DNA of 64,000 nt from an uncultured archaeon. GTDB lineage: Archaea > Aenigmatarchaeota > Aenigmatarchaeia > QMZP01 > JACQNV01. Both the position numbers and the translations under genes were made by a program. How positions within the stretch are numbered: position 1 is the stretch's first letter; each line of letters begins with the position of its first letter. The stretch lies in the NCBI GenBank assembly GCA_964410585.1, contig CAYPFW010000001.1, positions 224,001 through 288,000 on the forward strand. Reading direction: 5' to 3'. Below are positions 57,715 through 64,000 of this stretch, in pieces. The notes beneath the pieces were generated by a model, which had not been told where the DNA came from, did no database searches, and was given only the letters and a program-made list of their open reading frames with translations.

Positions 57715-60700
57715 TTATTTACCTCTTCTCCTTTTTATTTTCTGTAAAAGGCGTTTCCTTTTTTCAGTCTTTGATTTTTCTTGATATTTTGAATATTCTT
57801 TGCTTATTTTTTTCCTGTATTTTCTTTCAACCCTTTTGACTTTTCTTTGAGTATAGCCAACTAGCACCACAACTGCACCAATGACAACTATTATTACATA
57901 AATCAATACATCTGTTTCAGGAAGAGACTGAACAGAATCAACCTTGACATGTATCAATTGGCTCGAAGTTGTTACTGTATCCTGGAAATGGACTTCAGCT
58001 ATGACAACATAATCACCTTCTTTGAAATGTGTTGGTATATAAATTTCTTTTAAGAAGGATATTTGATCCTCGACTGCAAATGTTTCTGTGTCTTCCAACA
58101 GAACTTTATTATCTAAATCCTTTACTTTATACTTTGCAACAACATCAACTTTTTCGAACTCACCAAAATTAATAACTAATATTTGCGACAATATTGTTTT
58201 TCCTGGTTTAACTTCTCTATATTCAGCAGGTATATCAATTTTGACATCAAACAGGACTTTCTTTGTCTCAACCTCAACTATCAAACTGACTGTTTTATTT
58301 ATTTTTGGACTTGATATCAAAAGTTGTCCAGTATAAACACCTGGTTCTGTTTGCTCTGATGTGAAAAGCTTGATGTTTATGTTAGTTGCTTTTCCTGGAT
58401 CTAGGGATATTGAATCTGATTCAAGGGCAGCTAGGTTGTTTGGTAAACCGCTTAGCTGAAGTTTCAAGTCAAGCTTTGTATTACCTGTATTATTTATTGG
58501 GACAATCATTGTTTTATCCTCGCCTTTTTTCACAAAATCTGTGATTGCATCTACTATATCTAGTTTGACAACTGAAGCTACTCCACCACCGCCTCCGCCT
58601 CCTCCTCCCGATCCTCCAGAGGAGCCACCACCTGAACTTCCCCCACCCCCAGAGCCACCTGAGCCTCCTGATCCACCTGTATCTCCCCCTGAAGGTGTAT
58701 TCAGGGCGTATGTTGAGAAACCGGCTGCAACTGCTATAGCATATGTCCTATGTGTTGAATTTGATGAAACGAGGCTAACACAATCTGTCATTTCGGCACA
58801 ATTTTCCCCGTTATCATCACACTTGTACAGCTTATCTCCTGTACCTTCAACTGTTATTGTTACATTGTCAGAAGGCCGCATACCTAATTTTTGGGCTGTT
58901 TCAAGCCATGTTGATGTGTTGAAGCCTGTGAATTTTGTTCCTTGTTGAGGTGATGTGCCTGATAAGAATTGGCCTGTTAAATTTAGGCTTTCTGAGCCTG
59001 CCAAGTTAGCCCGTCCAAATGTGAAACCGCCAACCTGCATCTGCGCATCTCTTACTCTGCTAAACTCTTGTGACCCAGATGTAAAGTTGTATGACTGCAA
59101 TCCAGAACCTGTGTTTATTTTGACACCGTCATATGCAATCCTAAAGTTGTATGTTTGTGCAGATGATTTTGTTGTAAAGTTTAAGCATGATGTTTCATAT
59201 TTCAATCCAGCCTGATCATATCCAATTATTTTGTAATAGTAGCTTGTGTTTGATGCAAGCGAAAGGTTTTGGCTTGAATCTAGTGAGAACTGGTGCCAAA
59301 GGGCATAGTTATCCAAACTACATCCTGGGAAGTCTGGCTCTGTTATTGTCTTGTTTAGAACAGAGCAAGAAGAGTTTGTTCCGTAGAAATACAGAGTTGC
59401 ATTTGTTGGTTCTGTTGCACTGAAAAATATATCAGATGAACCAACATCTGTATTATCTTTGAAGTTTGTTATTTGAGGTGATGTTGTGTCGTTTGTCGAA
59501 TTGTAGGATCCAGAACAAACAGGCCATCTGGAACAATCTATATCAGAACAATCTGATGATCCATCATTATCATTATCTACATTATCTGAACACAAGGTTT
59601 CATACTTGTAGTAGCCTTTGCTGACATCAAATCTAGAATCGCATTTAGATGGATCTTTTGAACAATCTAAAGGTATGAAATTGAAGAAGCCTGTTGAGTT
59701 TGATGTTCCACCAGATCCATATGTGAATGTATTGAAATTTTCCCTACAGAAACCAGCTCCAGAGGATTCCCATATACACCTTCTGGAACTTCCAGTACAT
59801 GCTGATTGAGTTGAACACACTCCACAGAATTGGTCGCAATCCAATGCAGTGAATGAAGGCTTGCACAATTGTGTATCATTTTGCCAAGAGCATTTAGCAG
59901 CTGTACACTGTGTTTGGTTTCCATTATATGAATCGCAATTTGCAAAAGCTTTGTTCAAAACATGACTCAAAGAAATTGAGCCAGATGCAGTGAGGTTGAG
60001 TATTCTTGAGAATTTTGTGTAACCACTTTTTGATATGTTTATTGAGTGGATTGTGTATGTTGTTTTTCCTGAAGATGTTTGAACAAATTCTGTTAATTCT
60101 AACCTAGGTATTGATCCAGAAGAACTTGTAGCAACTGAGGAAACAATATTTCCGAAAGCATCATATACAGTTACATTTGCTCCTGAAACTCCAGGAGGTG
60201 TCGGGGCACCGCAGTCTGTTGCGCATGTAAATGAAGTTTCAGATCCAACACATACACCATTTCCACAATAATTATCACCGCCTGCACAATCTGCTGGACA
60301 ACTACTAGATGTTTCACTTCCTACACAGGCTCCGTTCCCACAAACTTCGCCAGAAGACCATAAACATGATGTCGATGGTTGCTTATTTGTACAGCTTGAT
60401 TGACTACTAATTCCTGCACAGAATGTTGAGTTTGATTGGCAAGCCGATGCTGAGGAATTCCATGCACATGCACCTTGCTGTTGGCCGCAAACAGATTGTA
60501 TTTTTCCAGAACAGAAAGTTGAATTTAAATTACACTGTCCTGAGGCTTGTTGACAATCTGAAGGACAATTTGAATTTGTCTCACCTTGATTGCATACATT
60601 ATTTCCACAATATCCTGCTCCACCACCGCAATCTGCTGGACAACTACTAGATGTTTCACTGTATCCACAGAATCCATTTCCGCATGTTTCTGAGATGTTT

Positions 60701-63700
60701 CCTGAACAATCTTGTGAACAGGTGAATTGATTCTCTCCAGAACCGCACTTTGAATCTCCACAATAACCAGTTCCACCTGACAATCCATCAAAGTATTCGA
60801 ATCCCCATTCCCTTACAACATTATCAACATACCATTTTGCTGTCAAGTTTCCTGTTCCAGAAACAGTTGTCTTTGTCCTGTTGAATGTTGTGTTAATTAG
60901 AGTAGCTGTTCCAGTTGTTATAGCAACATCTGTTGTAAAGTTGGTTATTGTTAAATTGGCAACTGTTACATTTGTAAATCCGCTAACATTGATTGCTGTT
61001 CCTGAACCGCTTCCTGTTATTGATTTTCCATTGCCGTTTATCACAACATTGTTTGCACCAAGTATCAAACAGTTTCCATTTACATTAGAATTGCTCGATA
61101 TTGTTGTCGAAGATGTTATTGTTTGACCACAAGCTGTTATGTTTAAAGTTAGCGTTGTTGTTGAATTAATATTGTTAACAGAATCATTCGCATAGAATCT
61201 GAGTAGGCAAGTTGTTTGGTTTGACAAACATCCCAAATCTGCAGGGGTTGTTGTTATTTGATATTTGTTTGATCCTATGGAGGACATTGATTGGTTAGTT
61301 AGATTTCCAACTATTACAGACGAGATTCCTGAAGCAGAGTCTGATGCAGTTACATTAATTTGGACAGAGGTTGTTGTAGACAATGTACCTAAGCTTGTTT
61401 GAGGCGTTGTAGCAGATGGATTAAGACTATCAATTTTTATTGTTTGATTGCTTACACTTTCAAGATTTCCAATTGTATCATTTGACCTATATCTGAAATA
61501 CGATGTTCCCTGAGTTGATATTTGGACTTGGGATGAGTACACTGAATTAGGTGAGCACGTGTTTGATGTATCTATACAATATATTGTTTTATCACATCCC
61601 AACCCACTTCCATCAGAACATGATAAACTAACATTCACAGTAGAACTGTTAGTAAATGAATTAAATGTGTATGGTGAACCATCTGATTTAATTGCAGATG
61701 GAGCTGTTGAAGGAGCTGATGTATCCAATCTTATTGTCCTCGTGGCTAGTGCCTGCGTATTTCCAGCAGAATCGTTTACAGTTACATTATATGTGTATGT
61801 ACCTTGAACTAGACCTGTCCAGTTAATTGTTCTTTGACCATTAGTGTAGGATGTTGAGTTGACCTGTCCTGCTGTGTTGAACAGCTTAAAGGTTATTGTG
61901 TCCTCATTCAATTCTGTGACTGAAACATTAACAAAAATTGAAGATGATGATATGTTAGATTGATCATTGTTAGTTCCTATTGCATAGGATATTAAAGGAG
62001 AAATCGAGTCTATCTTTATTGTGCTGCTTTTGGTAACTTCAATATTTCCAGCTGTATCATTTGAATTGTATCTTATATACGAAGTTCCCTCAGTAGAAAT
62101 CTGGACAGGTGCTGTGTATACTGTATTTGGCGAGCACGTGTTTGCTGTGTCTGTACAATATAATTTTGTATCACAACCTACACCAGATCCATCTGAACAT
62201 GAAAGGGTTATATTTACATAAGTCGAGTTTGTCCAGCTATTGAACGTATATGATGATGAATCTAATCTGACAGCTGTTGCTGTGGTTGATGGTTTATTTT
62301 GATCTATTCTAAATGTACGTGTCTCTGTTTGGTTTAAGTTTCCTGCTCGATCATATGCAAATATATACCATGTTTCTGTTGTTAGGCCACCTGTGATAGT
62401 CCCATAGTTAATTGTAACAGAATAGTTTCCTGACTGAGTTACTGTAATAGAACTATCATCACCTGTCAGGTGTTTTGTGATATTTTTTACCCCAGATCCC
62501 GAGTCTGTCACATTAAATTGGAAAGTTATTGATGATGTATTAAACTTAGAGTTATTTGCAGGTGAAATTAAAATTGCAGACGGGTTTATTGTGTCAATTC
62601 TCACTGTTCTGGATGGTGTAACATTCATGTTACCCTTTGTGTCGTTTGAATAAACTTTGAATGTGTAAGCTCCATCTACTAATCCAGATTTTACTTTGTT
62701 ACATGAAACAGATGTACCTGACCCCACCTTTGTCATTGACTCATTTTCACCAGCCCATTCTAGGATGCATGTGTCTATATTGCTTGTTGTATCAACAGAT
62801 GTAACATTTATTGTGACTGATGTTGAGGATTGGTTTGAATTGATAGTTGGTGTAGGACTTGCAAAATCAAGAGTTGGAGGCGTTGTATCAGTTGATACTG
62901 TTAAAGTTCTTGTTGCAGATTGGTTTTGGTTGCCCGCATAATCTGTCGCCAAAATATACCAACTGTATGTTGCATCTGCTAGTGATAGTGTAAACAAGTA
63001 GTCACCAGTTGACCCAGATGAATTTGTTTGATTCAGAGAACCGTCTATGTATAAGGACACATTAGCTAAGGTTGTATCTGATACAGTTGAATTAAATGTC
63101 ACAGAGCTTACAGAAGATGTGGACCCACTTGCAGGTGAATTCAAAACAACACTTGGTTTGGTTGTATCTACTGTTACTGTTCTTGTTACACTGACAGCTT
63201 GGTTATTTGCTGTATCGTTGACATAGACCTTGTATGTTTTTGCTCCATTTGACTGTTCTGTTTTGTTTAGATAACAATTTGTTCCTGATCTGGTCATTGT
63301 TGTATTTGTTCCATCATCTAGGAGACACGTGTCTGGATTTGTTTCTGTGAACGTGACATTGACATAATACCAGTTTCTTGAAACATTTGCATTGTTGGCT
63401 TCAGTTGGGGAGACGAATGATGGGATTGTTGGCGCAGTTGTGTCAACACTGAACCGTATTGTTGCTGTATTGCTGTTTCCAACTGCATCTGTTGCTGTTA
63501 TTTGGATTGAATATGTACCGTCTGCCATTGATGTGTTGGTGAAATTAAATGAACTGAAAGAACCAACATTTGAACCGAAAATAGAATTGTTCACAACAAC
63601 ATCAGATGCAGATCCTTGGTTAGTTTCTGTGACTGTTCCTGTGATGTTGATTCTAACACTCGACACATTTTGGTTAGTTGTTGGCGATGTGATTGAGATT

Positions 63701-63999
63701 GTTGGTGATGTGTCATCGACTGTTAGAGTTAGGGTTGTTGTTGCAAAGTTGTTTACTGTGTCATTTGCGTAGAATTTTAAAACACACGAACCATCTGTAG
63801 CTGTGCATCCGAGAGCAGATGCTGTTGTGTTGGTTTGGTATTTGTTTGATCCAATTGAGGACATTGTTATGTTGGTTAGATTGCCTACAATTACAGTTGA
63901 TACGCCACTCGAATCTGTTGCTGTGATGTTGATTTGAAGCCCTGTTGTTGATTTGACTTTGTTGTCTGTGTCATTTGTTGAGACTGAACTAAGAGTTGG
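57715..63999 (-). CDS. Giant membrane-anchored surface protein (Ig-like repeats, CGNGxC Cys-rich repeats, Gly linker, C-terminal TM); 5'-partial
   Basis: Frame is open to the window end; D..GN...R Ig repeats; CGNGxC..ETSSSCPADC repeats; TM followed by a basic tail. Confidence 0.9.
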   Translation of the reverse strand, partial: PTLSSVSTNDTDNKVKSTTGLQINITATDSSGVSTVIVGNLTNITMSSIGSNKYQTNTTASALGCTATDGSCVLKFYANDTVNNFATTTLTLTVDDTSPTISITSPTTNQNVSSVRINITGTVTETNQGSASDVVVNNSIFGSNVGSFSSFNFTNTSMADGTYSIQITATDAVGNSNTATIRFSVDTTAPTIPSFVSPTEANNANVSRNWYYVNVTFTETNPDTCLLDDGTNTTMTRSGTNCYLNKTEQSNGAKTYKVYVNDTANNQAVSVTRTVTVDTTKPSVVLNSPASGSTSSVSSVTFNSTVSDTTLANVSLYIDGSLNQTNSSGSTGDYLFTLSLADATYSWYILATDYAGNQNQSATRTLTVSTDTTPPTLDFASPTPTINSNQSSTSVTINVTSVDTTSNIDTCILEWAGENESMTKVGSGTSVSCNKVKSGLVDGAYTFKVYSNDTKGNMNVTPSRTVRIDTINPSAILISPANNSKFNTSSITFQFNVTDSGSGVKNITKHLTGDDSSITVTQSGNYSVTINYGTITGGLTTETWYIFAYDRAGNLNQTETRTFRIDQNKPSTTATAVRLDSSSYTFNSWTNSTYVNITLSCSDGSGVGCDTKLYCTDTANTCSPNTVYTAPVQISTEGTSYIRYNSNDTAGNIEVTKSSTIKIDSISPLISYAIGTNNDQSNISSSSIFVNVSVTELNEDTITFKLFNTAGQVNSTSYTNGQRTINWTGLVQGTYTYNVTVNDSAGNTQALATRTIRLDTSAPSTAPSAIKSDGSPYTFNSFTNSSTVNVSLSCSDGSGLGCDKTIYCIDTSNTCSPNSVYSSQVQISTQGTSYFRYRSNDTIGNLESVSNQTIKIDSLNPSATTPQTSLGTLSTTTSVQINVTASDSASGISSVIVGNLTNQSMSSIGSNKYQITTTPADLGCLSNQTTCLLRFYANDSVNNINSTTTLTLNITACGQTITSSTTISSNSNVNGNCLILGANNVVINGNGKSITGSGSGTAINVSGFTNVTVANLTITNFTTDVAITTGTATLINTTFNRTKTTVSGTGNLTAKWYVDNVVREWGFEYFDGLSGGTGYCGDSKCGSGENQFTCSQDCSGNISETCGNGFCGYSETSSSCPADCGGGAGYCGNNVCNQGETNSNCPSDCQQASGQCNLNSTFCSGKIQSVCGQQQGACAWNSSASACQSNSTFCAGISSQSSCTNKQPSTSCLWSSGEVCGNGACVGSETSSSCPADCAGGDNYCGNGVCVGSETSFTCATDCGAPTPPGVSGANVTVYDAFGNIVSSVATSSSGSIPRLELTEFVQTSSGKTTYTIHSINISKSGYTKFSRILNLTASGSISLSHVLNKAFANCDSYNGNQTQCTAAKCSWQNDTQLCKPSFTALDCDQFCGVCSTQSACTGSSRRCIWESSGAGFCRENFNTFTYGSGGTSNSTGFFNFIPLDCSKDPSKCDSRFDVSKGYYKYETLCSDNVDNDNDGSSDCSDIDCSRWPVCSGSYNSTNDTTSPQITNFKDNTDVGSSDIFFSATEPTNATLYFYGTNSSCSVLNKTITEPDFPGCSLDNYALWHQFSLDSSQNLSLASNTSYYYKIIGYDQAGLKYETSCLNFTTKSSAQTYNFRIAYDGVKINTGSGLQSYNFTSGSQEFSRVRDAQMQVGGFTFGRANLAGSESLNLTGQFLSGTSPQQGTKFTGFNTSTWLETAQKLGMRPSDNVTITVEGTGDKLYKCDDNGENCAEMTDCVSLVSSNSTHRTYAIAVAAGFSTYALNTPSGGDTGGSGGSGGSGGGGSSGGGSSGGSGGGGGGGGGVASVVKLDIVDAITDFVKKGEDKTMIVPINNTGNTKLDLKLQLSGLPNNLAALESDSISLDPGKATNINIKLFTSEQTEPGVYTGQLLISSPKINKTVSLIVEVETKKVLFDVKIDIPAEYREVKPGKTILSQILVINFGEFEKVDVVAKYKVKDLDNKVLLEDTETFAVEDQISFLKEIYIPTHFKEGDYVVIAEVHFQDTVTTSSQLIHVKVDSVQSLPETDVLIYVIIVVIGAVVVLVGYTQRKVKRVERKYRKKISKEYSKYQEKSKTEKRKRLLQKIKRRRGK

Positions 64000-64000
64000 T

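Noticed and set aside
58088-63772. Plus-strand ORFs, including the poly-Pro ORF at 58541-58948
   Set aside because: Antisense shadows; the poly-Pro mirrors the Gly linker of the real gene.

Overview
AT-rich archaeal chromosomal segment. It carries rpl7ae-rps28e-rpl24e, a DUF373 gene, an archaeal GlmU-type gene and a MiaB/MtaB-family gene. The many orphan secreted proteins suggest a DPANN-type archaeon (inference). Two giant cell-surface protein genes bracket the window, both cut at the 5' end by the window edges. The interior holds a divergent ATP-grasp / atypical PurD-like pair, an array of orphan exported proteins with related leaders and Dx[DN]xDG loops, and a four-gene operon with two paralogous GXGXG beta-helix proteins. 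It also holds a MazG / Zn-ribbon / topoisomerase IB-like cluster, a repeat-rich strand-switch intergenic region resembling a replication origin (~45.95-46.6 kb), and a glmS-HAD-SDR-yvcK-glmU operon. Non-coding signals include a dispersed covarying hairpin family, a probable L7Ae 5'-UTR kink-turn and a motif shared by several promoters. No rRNA, tRNA, CRISPR array or transposase was recognised.
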